This document shows, one piece after another, positions 10,497 to 20,266 of a stretch of DNA of 64,000 bases. Source of the DNA: an uncultured Holophagales bacterium (lineage in GTDB: Bacteria > Acidobacteriota > Thermoanaerobaculia > Multivoradales > UBA5704); the NCBI GenBank assembly GCA_963842525.1, contig CAWJGT010000025.1:352001-416000 (forward strand), read 5' to 3'. The notes beneath the pieces are model-generated. The model had not been told where the DNA came from. It saw only the letters and a list, made by a program, of their open reading frames with translations, and ran no database searches. Made by a program: the position numbers and the translations under genes. The stretch's first letter is position 1; each line of letters begins with the position of its first letter.

Positions 10497-10859
10497 TCAG
10501 CGCGGAGCGCCTTGCCCTTGACCCTGCGCCGGACCCGGAGTCGGGGCGGCGGGCTGGGCCGGGGCCGGGACGGGAGTAGGAGCCGGAGCCGCCGGGGCCG
10601 CCGTTTCGCCGCCGCCCATCACCGAGGAGCCGCGACGGATCTGCGGCAGGCCGATCAGCAGGGTCGTCAGCACGAAGATCACGAACGAGCCCACCGTCAG
10701 CTTGTGCAGGAGCGTCGTGGCTCCCCGCGCCCCGAAGGCCGTCTGCGTGGTGCCGCCGCCGAACACCGAAAGGTCCGCACCCTTGCCCTGCTGGAGCAGG
10801 ACCACGAGGATCAGGAAGATGCAGACCAGAATATGGATGGCATACAGCACATAGATCAC
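10497..10859 (-). CDS. secG: preprotein translocase subunit SecG
   Basis: LVVLLQQGKGADL..FGGG, two TM helices, tpiA-secG-tRNA-Leu synteny. Confidence 0.95.
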   Translation of the reverse strand: MIYVLYAIHILVCIFLILVVLLQQGKGADLSVFGGGTTQTAFGARGATTLLHKLTVGSFVIFVLTTLLIGLPQIRRGSSVMGGGETAAPAAPAPTPVPAPAQPAAPTPGPAQGQGQGAPR

Positions 10860-10911
10860 GGTTCAGACCTCCAAGAACTCGGCCCGGGACTCGACCCCGG
10901 GTTGGGGCCGG

Positions 10912-11655
10912 TCAGCCGGAAGCCCGGATGATAGCAAGGAATTTCTCCGGGTCAAGACTGGCACCGCCCACCAGGAACCCGTCGATGTCGGGTTGGGCGA
11001 TCAGGCCCGCCGCGTTGTCCGGTGTGACGGAGCCGCCGTAGAGGAGGGAAACCGCTGCAGCCCCGCCCGGTATTCCCGCCCGCCCCGCCAGCAGCCCGCG
11101 CAGGAACAGGTGCGCCTCCTGCGCGGTCTCGGGGGTCGCCGTCTCGCCCGTGCCGATCGCCCAGACGGGCTCGTAGGCCACGGCGAAGTTTTCCGGCTGC
11201 ACTTTCAGCACCGCCTTGAGCTGCCGCTCCAGCACCTCGAACGTGCGCCCGGCCCGCCGTTCGTCGCGCGTCTCCCCGACGCAGACCATGGCGGCGAGGC
11301 CATTCCGTCCCGCCGCCGTGGCCTTGCGGGCCACCAGCTCGTCCGATTCGCCATGGTCGCGCCGCCGCTCGCTGTGCCCGCAGAGCACCCACGTGCAGCC
11401 GGCGTCGACGAGCTGCGGCCCGGAGACGTCCCCGGTGTGGGCCCCCTTGTCCTCGGGTTGAAGGTCCTGCCCGCCCACGGCGACCCCGCTGCCGTCGAGC
11501 TCCCGGGCCACCGCCGGGATCAGCGGGAACGACGGGAAGATCACGACCTGCGTGTCCGCAGGAGCGCCGGCATCCAGACCGGCCAGCAGGGTACGGCAGT
11601 ACGCCTCCGCGTCCGCCCGCAGATGGTGCATCTTCCAGTTGCCGGCGACGATCAC
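10912..11655 (-). CDS. tpiA: triose-phosphate isomerase
   Basis: AGNWKMH, GHSERR, AYEPVWAIGTG, YGGSV, LVGGASL; GTG start overlaps the pgk stop. Confidence 0.97.
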   Translation of the reverse strand: MIVAGNWKMHHLRADAEAYCRTLLAGLDAGAPADTQVVIFPSFPLIPAVARELDGSGVAVGGQDLQPEDKGAHTGDVSGPQLVDAGCTWVLCGHSERRRDHGESDELVARKATAAGRNGLAAMVCVGETRDERRAGRTFEVLERQLKAVLKVQPENFAVAYEPVWAIGTGETATPETAQEAHLFLRGLLAGRAGIPGGAAAVSLLYGGSVTPDNAAGLIAQPDIDGFLVGGASLDPEKFLAIIRASG

Positions 11656-12857
11656 AGTTTTTTCTCCAATACCGCCACCCCGGGCAGGGCCTTGCCGGCG
11701 AGGAATTCGAGCGAGGCGCCGCCGCCGGTCGAGACGTGGCCGATCCGGTCCGCCACCCCGGACTGCTTGACCGCGGCCACCGTCTCGCCGCCGCCGATCA
11801 CCGAAAAGCCGGGGCAGTCCGCCAGCGCCACCGCCACCGCGCGGGTCCCTTCGTCGAACGGCGGCTTCTCGAACACGCCCAGCGGGCCGTTCCAGAAGAG
11901 CGTGCGCGCCCGGCCGATGGCCTTGGCGAACGCCTCGCGGGTGGCCGGCCCGACATCCACCGCCTTGGTGCCCGCCGGTACCTGATCGGCCGGCACGGTG
12001 CGTACCCGGTCGCCGGGATTGTCGAGGTCCTCGGTGACCACGAGATCGGTCGGCAGCAGGACCTCCATGCCGCGCGCCTTGGCCCGCGCCAGGATGTCCC
12101 GCGCCACGTCGAGCTTGTCGGGCTCGAAGAGGGAGACGGCCAGGTCGTGTCCCTGGGAGGCGAGGAAGGTGTTGGCCATGCCGCCGCCCAGCAGGAGGAA
12201 GTCCAGCCGGGGGAGCAGGTTCTCCAGGGTCTCGATCTTGTCCTCGATCTTGGCGCCGCCGAGCAAGGCGGCGAACGGCCGCTCGGGCTCGCCGAGGAGG
12301 CGCGAGAGGGCGGCGACCTCCTTCTCCATCAGCCGGCCGGCCGCCTTCTCGCGCACCCGTTCGGGTACGCCCACTACCGAGGCATGGGCGCGGTGGGCGG
12401 CGCCGAAGGCGTCGTCCACGTAGATCTCGGCCAAAGCCGCGAGCTGGTCCGCGAATTCGGGGCTGTTCTTGGTCTCCCCGGCGTGGAAGCGGAGGTTCTC
12501 GAGCAGCAGCACCTCGCCGGGATCGAGCGTGCGGGCAACCTTCTCGACCTCCTCGCCCACACATTCGTCGACGAAGCGGACCGCCTGCCCCAGCAGCTCG
12601 ACCAGCTTGTCGGCCACCGGCCGCAGGCTCCAGCGCGGGTCGCGCTCCCCCTTGGGCCGGCCTGCGTGGGAGGCGAGAAGGACGCGGGCGCCGGCCGCCG
12701 TCAGCTCGCGGATCGTCGGGATCGCCTCCTCCAGGCGGGTGGCATCGAGCACCTCGTGCGCCGCGGAGAGCGGGACGTTGAAGTCCACGCGGACGAACAC
12801 GCGCCGTCCTTCCATGCGGTCGAGGTCGAGGTCGTCGAGGGTCCACAGCTCGATCAT
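11652..12857 (-). CDS. pgk: phosphoglycerate kinase
   Basis: RVDFNVP, LLENLRF, DAFGAAHRAHAS, HVSTGGGASLEFL. Confidence 0.97.
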   Translation of the reverse strand: MIELWTLDDLDLDRMEGRRVFVRVDFNVPLSAAHEVLDATRLEEAIPTIRELTAAGARVLLASHAGRPKGERDPRWSLRPVADKLVELLGQAVRFVDECVGEEVEKVARTLDPGEVLLLENLRFHAGETKNSPEFADQLAALAEIYVDDAFGAAHRAHASVVGVPERVREKAAGRLMEKEVAALSRLLGEPERPFAALLGGAKIEDKIETLENLLPRLDFLLLGGGMANTFLASQGHDLAVSLFEPDKLDVARDILARAKARGMEVLLPTDLVVTEDLDNPGDRVRTVPADQVPAGTKAVDVGPATREAFAKAIGRARTLFWNGPLGVFEKPPFDEGTRAVAVALADCPGFSVIGGGETVAAVKQSGVADRIGHVSTGGGASLEFLAGKALPGVAVLEKKL

Positions 12858-13129
12858 GGCTTCACACTCTCCTCTCTGCCAGGAGCACCAGCAGGCCGGC
12901 CGAGGCGGGGCGCCTAGTCTATGTCACGCTGCGCCGCTCCCACGCACTACTACTGTGGAACCGGTCCGGCTTCCTTCGGACCGGACTTTGACGGATAATA
13001 CGCGCGCTCGAGAAGGCCTTTTGCCGAAAACGCACGCGGCGCCTGCCGGCCCGCGGTGGACGAGGCCGGCGGAAGCACCGTATTCCACGTAGACATTCGA
13101 CGACCTCACCTCAGTTGGAGGACCGACCA

Positions 13130-13513
13130 ATGGCGGAGATGGGCAAGTATTGCAAAGCGTACCTGGCGAAGCAGTTCCGGGAGTATCCGGGCTGGACCGA
13201 GAACAAGGAGAACGTCCGCAAGGAGAAGAAGGAAGTGGACGGCAAGGAGGTCGAGGTCGAGCGCGTACTGGACGACGACTCGATCCTCTATCTCCAGGAG
13301 AACTTCATCGTCACCGACGGGATCTTCAAGGACCAGAACATCATCTTCGACAACGTCACGGACGAGTGGAAGGAGTTCTGCCACGGTCCGCTGGCCTTCG
13401 AGATCCCGGTCTACGAGCCGATCAACATCCCGACGGCGGGCAGCGAAACGCAGGGCGAGGCCCAGGGCGAAGCCCAGCCGGCCGAAGCGGCCAGCGGCTC
13501 CAGCAACGGCTGA
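13130..13513 (+). CDS. hypothetical protein
   Basis: GGAGGA SD, strong GC3 codon bias, MAEMGKYCKAYL..YLQENFIVTDGIF. Confidence 0.8.
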   Translation: MAEMGKYCKAYLAKQFREYPGWTENKENVRKEKKEVDGKEVEVERVLDDDSILYLQENFIVTDGIFKDQNIIFDNVTDEWKEFCHGPLAFEIPVYEPINIPTAGSETQGEAQGEAQPAEAASGSSNG

Positions 13514-13538
13514 GCCTCACTTCCTGGCTCTCCGGGAA

Positions 13539-13620
13539 AAGGACGAACAAGGACTCCAAGGACAGCAGGGACGACAAAGACGTCGTTGATCGTCCTTGGG
13601 GTCCTTTGAGTCCTTTCCTT
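13539..13620. repeat. 9-bp-periodic AAGGAC/GTCCTT palindromic repeat
   Basis: about five aaggacNNN units followed by about four gtccttNNN inverted units. Confidence 0.65.
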
Positions 13621-13628
13621 TGCCCCCC

Positions 13629-14699
13629 ATGCGCCGCCCCCCTCTCGTTCTCGGCATCGAGACCTCCTGCGATGACACCGCCTGCGCGGTGCTCGACGGC
13701 GAGGGGCGCGTCCTCTCTTCGGTGGTCTCCAGCCAGCTCGCCTCGCACCGGCCCTATGGCGGCGTGGTCCCGGAGATCGCTTCGCGCGAGCACCTGGGGA
13801 GCTGGCCGCTGGTGAGCGGCGAGGCCCTGGAGCAGGCCGGGGCACGGATGGAGCAGATGGACGTCATTGCCGCCACGCGCGGCCCCGGCCTGGTGGGGGC
13901 CCTCCTCGTGGGCCTCTCCCTCGGCAAGGCCATGGCCTTCGCCCTCGACCGCCCCTTCCACGCCGTCCACCATCTCGAAGGGCACCTCTTTTCGCCCTTC
14001 CTGCCGCCCCGCGGCTCCGGCGAGCCGGCGCAACCGCCGCCCGGGCGCTTCGTCGGGCTCGTGCTCTCCGGCGGCCACAGCTCCCTCTTCGCCGTCGAGG
14101 ACGGCGCCGTCGCCACTCTGGGCGAGACCCGCGACGACGCCATCGGCGAGGTCTTCGACAAGGTCGGCAGGCGCCTGGGACTCCCTTATCCTCAGGGCCC
14201 CAGGGTCGACGAGCTGGCCGAGCGCGGGGATGCCGCGGCCCGGCGCATGTCCGTCCCCCTGGCCGGCGGCGAGACTCTGGACTTCTCCTACTCGGGCCTC
14301 AAGAGCCAGACCCTGCTCGAGATCGAGCGTCTGGAACGGGACCTCGGCCCCATCGACCTGGGCACGGTGCCGGACGGCGAGGAGCCGCAGCCGGTGCTCG
14401 ACCTCCTGGCCGGCTTTCGCGCCGCCGCGGTGGGCCAGGTCTTCGACCGCCTCGACCGCCTGCACCGGGAACGGCCGATCGGCCTCCTCGCCGTCTCCGG
14501 CGGCGCCGCCGCCAACCGCCTCCTGCGGCGCCAGCTCCCGGCCTGGTGTGAGGAGCGGGGGATCGACCTGCGCCTCGTCCCCCTCGCCTACGCCGGAGAC
14601 AATGCCGCCATGATCGCCCACGCCGCCCTGCTCCGGCACCGCCGCGGCCAGCAGGACGACCCCTTCCGCGCCGAGGCCGCGAGCCGGATCGCGATCTAG
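13629..14699 (+). CDS. tsaD: tRNA N6-adenosine threonylcarbamoyltransferase
   Basis: LGIETSCDDT, YGGVVPEIASREH, VHHLEGH, SGGHS, TRDDAIGEVFDK, DNAAMIA. Confidence 0.97.
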   Translation: MRRPPLVLGIETSCDDTACAVLDGEGRVLSSVVSSQLASHRPYGGVVPEIASREHLGSWPLVSGEALEQAGARMEQMDVIAATRGPGLVGALLVGLSLGKAMAFALDRPFHAVHHLEGHLFSPFLPPRGSGEPAQPPPGRFVGLVLSGGHSSLFAVEDGAVATLGETRDDAIGEVFDKVGRRLGLPYPQGPRVDELAERGDAAARRMSVPLAGGETLDFSYSGLKSQTLLEIERLERDLGPIDLGTVPDGEEPQPVLDLLAGFRAAAVGQVFDRLDRLHRERPIGLLAVSGGAAANRLLRRQLPAWCEERGIDLRLVPLAYAGDNAAMIAHAALLRHRRGQQDDPFRAEAASRIAI

Positions 14700-14736
14700 G
14701 TCCTCGCTTCTGATGCAAAACCGAAAAGGAGATCCA

Positions 14737-15747
14737 ATGCGCAAGCTTTCAGTCTTTGTCCTGCTGGTGCTCGGCCTGACGTTCGCCGGCGCCGCCGGGC
14801 TCCAGGCCCATCCGCCGCACGCGGGGACGCTCGACGTCGTCGCGACCTTCGACGCCGCACAGCTCGAGACGCCGGAGAGCATCGCCATCGACCGCGACGG
14901 CAACATCTTCCTCAGCCTGGCGCTGACCGGCGAGATCCGGAAGATCGAGCCGGACGGCACCCAGAGCACCTATGCCCTGCTGCCGATCGGCCCGCCGCTG
15001 ACCCCGTGCGGCCCGTTCGTCAACGCGGTCACCGGTATCACCCTGGACGCCCACGACAACCTTTATGTCTCGGTCGTGTCCTGTAATCTCGCCGATCGGG
15101 GGATCTGGAAGATCTCGGCCAACGGCAACCAGGAGATCCTGGCGAACCTGCCGCTGGAGAGCATCCCGAACGGGATCGAGCTGCACCGCGGCTACCTCTA
15201 CGTGGCCGACTCCTCCCAGCCGCGGATCTGGCGGGTTCCGGCCGACGGCGGCCCCGCGGAGGTCTGGCTCGAAGACCCGCTGCTCCAACAGCCGCCGCCG
15301 GTCCCGGGCTCCATCCCCTTCCCGGGCGCGAACGGCCTCCAGATCTTCCGCCAGAAGGTCTACGTCGCCAACTCGGGACAGGGGACCATCGTGGCCATCC
15401 CCTTCCGGCCGAACGGCACGGCAGGCACACCGCGCATCCACGCCCACCTGCCCACCCCCATGGGCGGCGACGACTTCGCCTTCGACGTCTTCGGCGCCAT
15501 CTACTGCACGACCGACCCGTTCAATACCCTGGTCAGGATCTCGCCGGACGGCTCCACCTCGCAGATCCTGCTCACCGCCGCCGACGGCCTGGACGGTCCC
15601 ACGGCCGCCACCTTCGGCCGGAAGGGGCTGGACCGCTTCAACCTCTACATCACCAACGGCGCCTTTCCCTTCTTCTCCACCACCCACAACCCCAGCCTGA
15701 TGCGCCTGCACCTGAACGTTCCCGGCGCGCCATCCAACAACTGGTAG
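14737..15747 (+). CDS. secreted SMP-30/gluconolactonase-like beta-propeller protein
   Basis: signal peptide; PESIAID, PNGI, YVADS, GANGL, DDFAFD, PTAATFG blades. Confidence 0.8.
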   Translation: MRKLSVFVLLVLGLTFAGAAGLQAHPPHAGTLDVVATFDAAQLETPESIAIDRDGNIFLSLALTGEIRKIEPDGTQSTYALLPIGPPLTPCGPFVNAVTGITLDAHDNLYVSVVSCNLADRGIWKISANGNQEILANLPLESIPNGIELHRGYLYVADSSQPRIWRVPADGGPAEVWLEDPLLQQPPPVPGSIPFPGANGLQIFRQKVYVANSGQGTIVAIPFRPNGTAGTPRIHAHLPTPMGGDDFAFDVFGAIYCTTDPFNTLVRISPDGSTSQILLTAADGLDGPTAATFGRKGLDRFNLYITNGAFPFFSTTHNPSLMRLHLNVPGAPSNNW

Positions 15748-15806
15748 AGCGCCGAGACCCGATCACCTCGCGAGACGGCCGGAGAGACGTCCCGGCCGGC
15801 CCTATC

Positions 15807-15986
15807 TCAGCACTCATCCGTCTCGCCGGGGGTGATCTCGCAGGGGTGCTCCGCGGTTGGACACACGGCGGTCATGCACTCGGAGGACTGGTTCGGGCCA
15901 CCGCCCGCCACGTGTCCGAGCTCCCGCGATGCGAGCATCCGAAGCGTCTCCTTGGCCAACGTCAGCTTCTTCGCCTTCTTCATCAT
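15807..15986 (-). CDS. RiPP/lanthipeptide-like precursor peptide, 59 aa (not in ORF track)
   Basis: manual translation MMKKAKKLTLAKETLRMLASRELGHVAGG-GPNQSSECMTAVCPTAEHPCEITPGETDEC; GAGAGGAG SD. Confidence 0.8.
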   Translation of the reverse strand: MMKKAKKLTLAKETLRMLASRELGHVAGGGPNQSSECMTAVCPTAEHPCEITPGETDEC

Positions 15987-16084
15987 CTGCTTCTCCTCTC
16001 TGATGGGGCGCGATGAGACCTTATTCTAAGGCTCCCTCAGTTAAACTCCGTGCCAACGCGGCAGCCCCGAGCAAGGAGGACAGC

Positions 16085-16714
16085 ATGGCCAACGGAAGCG
16101 GCAACGCCCGAGGAATCGACGTGGCCCACTACCAGGGCACGGTGGACTGGCCGCAGGTCTGCCAGTCAGGGATCGTCTTCGCTTTCGCCAAGGCGACGGA
16201 CGGCATCACCTATGTCGACCCGCAATTCACGACGAACTGGGCGGGCATCAAGGCGGCCGGCCTCGTCCGCGGCGCCTATCACTTCTTCGAGCCGGCGGAC
16301 GACGCCACAAGCCAGGCCCAGCACTTTCTCTCCACGGTCCACCTCGCCCCGGGGGACCTGCCGCCAGTCCTCGACGTAGAGACCCGCCCCAGCAGCGTGA
16401 CCACCTCCCAGCTCTGGAGCGGCGTCGCGACCTGGCTCCAGGTAATCCAGCAGCACACCGGGGTGCTCCCCATCATCTACACGGCTCCGGGCTTCTGGGA
16501 TTCCAATTCGCCGGACCTCGCGCTCACAAAGCATCCTCTCTGGCTCGCCGACTACGCTACCCAGCCCAAGCTACCGACCGGCTGGGCTACCTGGCAGATC
16601 TGGCAGTACTCGCAGTCCGGCTCCGTCCCGGGCATCACCGGCGCGGTGGATTTGGACGAGTTCAACGGTCCGGTCGAGCAGCTTTTGGCGTTCGCAAAAC
16701 CGGCGCCGCTCTGA
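16085..16714 (+). CDS. glycoside hydrolase family 25 lysozyme
   Basis: GIDVAHYQG, FAKATDG, RGAYHFF, PPVLDVE, WQIWQYS, VDLD. Confidence 0.92.
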   Translation: MANGSGNARGIDVAHYQGTVDWPQVCQSGIVFAFAKATDGITYVDPQFTTNWAGIKAAGLVRGAYHFFEPADDATSQAQHFLSTVHLAPGDLPPVLDVETRPSSVTTSQLWSGVATWLQVIQQHTGVLPIIYTAPGFWDSNSPDLALTKHPLWLADYATQPKLPTGWATWQIWQYSQSGSVPGITGAVDLDEFNGPVEQLLAFAKPAPL

Positions 16715-16796
16715 TTCACGCTCCCCAAGCTTATCCATCCCGGTCTATTTTTGAGGTATCATAGCCCCACTAGCTTCTGGACGCGAGGTTCTGAGC

Positions 16797-17660
16797 GTGG
16801 CGACGTGGATTCGTTGGTCTGTCTGCGCCTTGGCGCTTGCCTTCGGCTTGTGCGCCGCCCGGGCGCAGACCATGGCGGCCTGGCAGGACGAATGGCTGGC
16901 TCGTTTCAACCGGAAACGGGCGCTCGCCCGCGTGCCGGCGCTTCGTCTTTCTCCGGTCCTGGCCCAGGTCGCCCAGCAACAGGCGGAGGAGATGGCTGCG
17001 GACCGGCGACTCCGGCCTCCTTCGGGCGCGGTGATCGCAGAGCGGCTGCGGCGGGTCGGGTACTCGGCCCGCGAGTGGCGCGAGGGCTTCGCGATCGCGG
17101 ATGCGGCTCCCGAGGCCCGGGCGGCCCTGGACGGCCGCTTCCGGGACCTGGGCGTCGGCGCCGCCGTCGTTGACGGATTCCCTTTCTATATCTTCCTCTT
17201 CGGATGGCATCAGGGAGACTACTTCGCCGAGGCCACGGCCGGGCTCGGGGACAAGACGCGGGTCGCGGCCGAGATGCTGGCGCGGGTCAACGGCTTCCGC
17301 CGGCGGGCGAGCCTGCCGCCGCTCGCGGCCAATCCTCTCCTCGACCGGGTGTCCCAGGCGCATGCCGAGGACATGCTGCGGCGCTCCTATTTCGGGCACC
17401 GGTCGCCCGAAGGTCTGAGCCCGTCCGAGCGGGCCTGGGCGCGCGGCTACCGTTCGGGTATCGGCGAGAACCTCGTGGAGCAGCGCTTCTCCGCCAAAGA
17501 GGCGCTGGACGCCTGGCTGGACAGCCCGAACCACCGCAGGAACATCCTCGACCCGGGCTGCCGCGAGGTGGGCCTGGGGCTCGCCGTCGGCGCGGGCTAC
17601 GACGCGGCCCCCGGCGGCTACCGGGTCATCTGGGTCCAGAGCCTCGGCAGGGGAAACTGA
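16797..17660 (+). CDS. secreted CAP (SCP) domain protein, tandem domains
   Basis: AHAEDM..YFGH.SPEG, IGENL, WLDSPNHRRNIL; degenerate first copy. Confidence 0.85.
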   Translation: MATWIRWSVCALALAFGLCAARAQTMAAWQDEWLARFNRKRALARVPALRLSPVLAQVAQQQAEEMAADRRLRPPSGAVIAERLRRVGYSAREWREGFAIADAAPEARAALDGRFRDLGVGAAVVDGFPFYIFLFGWHQGDYFAEATAGLGDKTRVAAEMLARVNGFRRRASLPPLAANPLLDRVSQAHAEDMLRRSYFGHRSPEGLSPSERAWARGYRSGIGENLVEQRFSAKEALDAWLDSPNHRRNILDPGCREVGLGLAVGAGYDAAPGGYRVIWVQSLGRGN

Positions 17661-17666
17661 GCCGCC

Positions 17667-20147
17667 CTACGTAAATGCCAGCGTCAGCAGCGTCTGCTGC
17701 TCCAGCGTGTGGGCCTTGGCCGAGCCGGTGGCCGGGCTGCCGCTCGCCGAGCGCTTGACCGAGCGGATGGGCCGGCCCAGCAGGCGCTCGATGCGCGGCT
17801 GGACGAAGAAGAGGGCTCCCATGTTGGCCGGCTCCTCCTGCACCCAGACCACGCCCCGGGCGTTGGGATGGCGCGCCATCTCGGCCTCCAGCTCCTTTTC
17901 CGGGAACGGGTAGAGCTGCTCGAGGAAGACAACCGCCGTCGTCGTGTCCTTCCTCTTGTCCCGTTCCCGCCGCAGCTCGTGGCCGATCTTGCCCGTGCAG
18001 AGGAGGACCCTCTGCGCGTCCGTGACCTGCGGATCGCCGAGCACGTTGAGGAACCGGTCGCGGCCGAGCTCGTCGATCGGCGACGCCGAGTCCTTGTGGC
18101 GCAGCATGCTCTTGGGGGTCAGCACCACGAGCGGCTTGCGCCAGGTCCGCAGGGCCTGCCGGCGCAAAAGATGGAAATATTGCGCCGCGGTCGAGGGCTG
18201 GGCGACCTGGATGTTGTCCTCGCCGCAGAGCTGGAGGTAGCGCTCCACCCGGGCGCTCGAGTGCTCGGGGCCCTGCCCCTCGTAACCGTGGGGGAGGAGC
18301 ATGACGATCCCCGAGAGGAGCCCCCACTTGTCCTCGCCCGCGGTGACGAACTGGTCGATGATGATCTGGGCGCCGTTGGCGAAGTCGCCGAACTGCGCCT
18401 CCCAGAGCACCAGGGCCTCGGGGAAGTCGCGGCTGAAGCCGTACTCGTAGCCGAGGACCGCCGCCTCGGACAGGGTCGAATCGTAGATCTCGACCCAGGC
18501 GCTGTCGGGCGGCACGACGTGCGCGAGCGGCATGTATTCCTGGCCGTTCTCGACGTCGATCAGCACTGAATGCCGCTGGTTGAACGTGCCGCGGCGGGTG
18601 TCCTGGCCGCTGAAGCGGACCGGCACCCCGTCCCTGAGCAGCGAGGCGAGGGCCACGGCCTCGGCCATGCCGTAGTCGAACGGCCGCTTGCCGTTGCCCA
18701 TCTCGGCCCGCTGCTCCAGGAGCTTCCTGATCTTGTCGTGGATGTGGAAGCTCTCCGGCCAGGTGGTGAGCGGCCGGGTCAGCTCGCGGACCTCGTCCGC
18801 CGAGAGGCCGGTCCGCACCTCGTACTCGGGCTTGTAGCAACCCCTGTGGTAGGGGTCCCAATAGGCGGGAAGGGTACGCAGCGTCGGCTTCTTCTCGATG
18901 GTGGCCGCTTCCTTGTGGTCGGCGTCGAGCTCGGCGCGCACGGCGGCGAGCCGGCGGTCCATCTCCTCCTCGGAGAGCCCGATCTTCCGGCCGTAGAGCC
19001 GCCATGCCGGCGGATGGGCCGCGATCTTCTTGTAGAGCAGGGGCTGGGTGATGGTCGGATCGTCCACCTCGCTGTGGCCGTGCCGGCGGAAACCGATCAG
19101 GTCGACGACCACGTCGTCCTTGAAGGTGTAGCGGTATTCGACCGCCATCCGCGCCACCCGCGCCACGGCGTCCGGGTCCTCGCCGTTGACGTGGAAGATG
19201 GGGATCGGCAGCCGGCGCGCCACGTCCGAGGCGAAGCGGGACGACTGGAAGTGCCGCGGCTCGGTGGTGAAGCCGATCAGGTTGTTGACGATCACCTGCA
19301 CCGTGCCGCCCACCTCGTAGGCCGGCACCTCGGCGAGGTTGAGGGTCTCGGCGAGGACCCCCTGGCCGGCGAAGGCGGCATCGCCATGGAGGACGATGGG
19401 CAGGACCTGGGTGCGCTTGGCATCGCCGAGCCGCTGCTGTTTGGCGCGCACCCGGCCCACGGCCACGGGATCGACCGCTTCCAGATGGCTCGGGTTGGAG
19501 ACCAGGTGGATGTCGAGCGCGCGGCCGTTGCGGCCCCGGAAGTCACCCGTGGCGCCCATGTGGTATTTGACGTCGCCGCCGCCCAGGATGCTGCGCGGGT
19601 CGACGTCCTCGAAGCCGGCGAAGATCTCGGCCGCGCTTTTGCGGACGGTGTGGACCATGACGTTCAGCCGGCCGCGGTGGCTCATGGCGAGGACCACCTG
19701 GCGGGCCTGCTGATCGGCGGCGGTCTCCAGCATCTCTTCGAGCAACGGGATCAGGGCCTCGACACCTTCGATCGAGAACCGCTTGGTGCCGAGGTAGCGC
19801 TGCTGGAGCATCTGCTCGAAGGTCTCGGCGCGCAGGAGCTGCTCGAAGATCTTCTGCTGGTCGAAGCGCGGGGGCTCGGCCTCCATCCGCTCCTGGATCC
19901 AGCCGCGGCGCACCGCATCGGGGATGTGCATGAACTCGACGCCGATCGTGCCGCAGTACCAGCGCCGGGCCGCCTCGGCCGTCTGCGGGTCGGCCCCTTC
20001 GAGGAGCGGCAGGGGCTCGGGCGGCAGCCGGCTCATCGGGTCGAGGTCCGCCTGCAGATAGCCCAGCCGGCGATAGATGTTCAGCGTCCTCTCGTCGTAA
20101 ACCTGACGGCCCTGTGCGGGAGGAGCGGGAGTGGTGATCGTTTCCAT
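17667..20147 (-). CDS. sucA: 2-oxoglutarate dehydrogenase E1 component
   Basis: AMSHRGRLN, GDVKYHMG, NPSHLEAV, HGDAAFAGQG, WEAQFGDFANGAQ, LPHGYEGQGPEHSS. Confidence 0.97.
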   Translation of the reverse strand: METITTPAPPAQGRQVYDERTLNIYRRLGYLQADLDPMSRLPPEPLPLLEGADPQTAEAARRWYCGTIGVEFMHIPDAVRRGWIQERMEAEPPRFDQQKIFEQLLRAETFEQMLQQRYLGTKRFSIEGVEALIPLLEEMLETAADQQARQVVLAMSHRGRLNVMVHTVRKSAAEIFAGFEDVDPRSILGGGDVKYHMGATGDFRGRNGRALDIHLVSNPSHLEAVDPVAVGRVRAKQQRLGDAKRTQVLPIVLHGDAAFAGQGVLAETLNLAEVPAYEVGGTVQVIVNNLIGFTTEPRHFQSSRFASDVARRLPIPIFHVNGEDPDAVARVARMAVEYRYTFKDDVVVDLIGFRRHGHSEVDDPTITQPLLYKKIAAHPPAWRLYGRKIGLSEEEMDRRLAAVRAELDADHKEAATIEKKPTLRTLPAYWDPYHRGCYKPEYEVRTGLSADEVRELTRPLTTWPESFHIHDKIRKLLEQRAEMGNGKRPFDYGMAEAVALASLLRDGVPVRFSGQDTRRGTFNQRHSVLIDVENGQEYMPLAHVVPPDSAWVEIYDSTLSEAAVLGYEYGFSRDFPEALVLWEAQFGDFANGAQIIIDQFVTAGEDKWGLLSGIVMLLPHGYEGQGPEHSSARVERYLQLCGEDNIQVAQPSTAAQYFHLLRRQALRTWRKPLVVLTPKSMLRHKDSASPIDELGRDRFLNVLGDPQVTDAQRVLLCTGKIGHELRRERDKRKDTTTAVVFLEQLYPFPEKELEAEMARHPNARGVVWVQEEPANMGALFFVQPRIERLLGRPIRSVKRSASGSPATGSAKAHTLEQQTLLTLAFT

Positions 20148-20266
20148 GGTGTGAGAATACCGCAACTGACGGAGGGGGGCCGGGAATGGGCGCACCCCCG
20201 GATCGTCTTATTCTTCCATGCAGGCGCGCGCGCCAGCCCAGCATTCTGCCCGGTAAAGGAGCCGTC

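Noticed and set aside
12961-12984. ncRNA in the pgk upstream intergenic region
   Set aside because: Only a single ccggtccg/cggaccgg hairpin is present, with no recognisable RNA family features.
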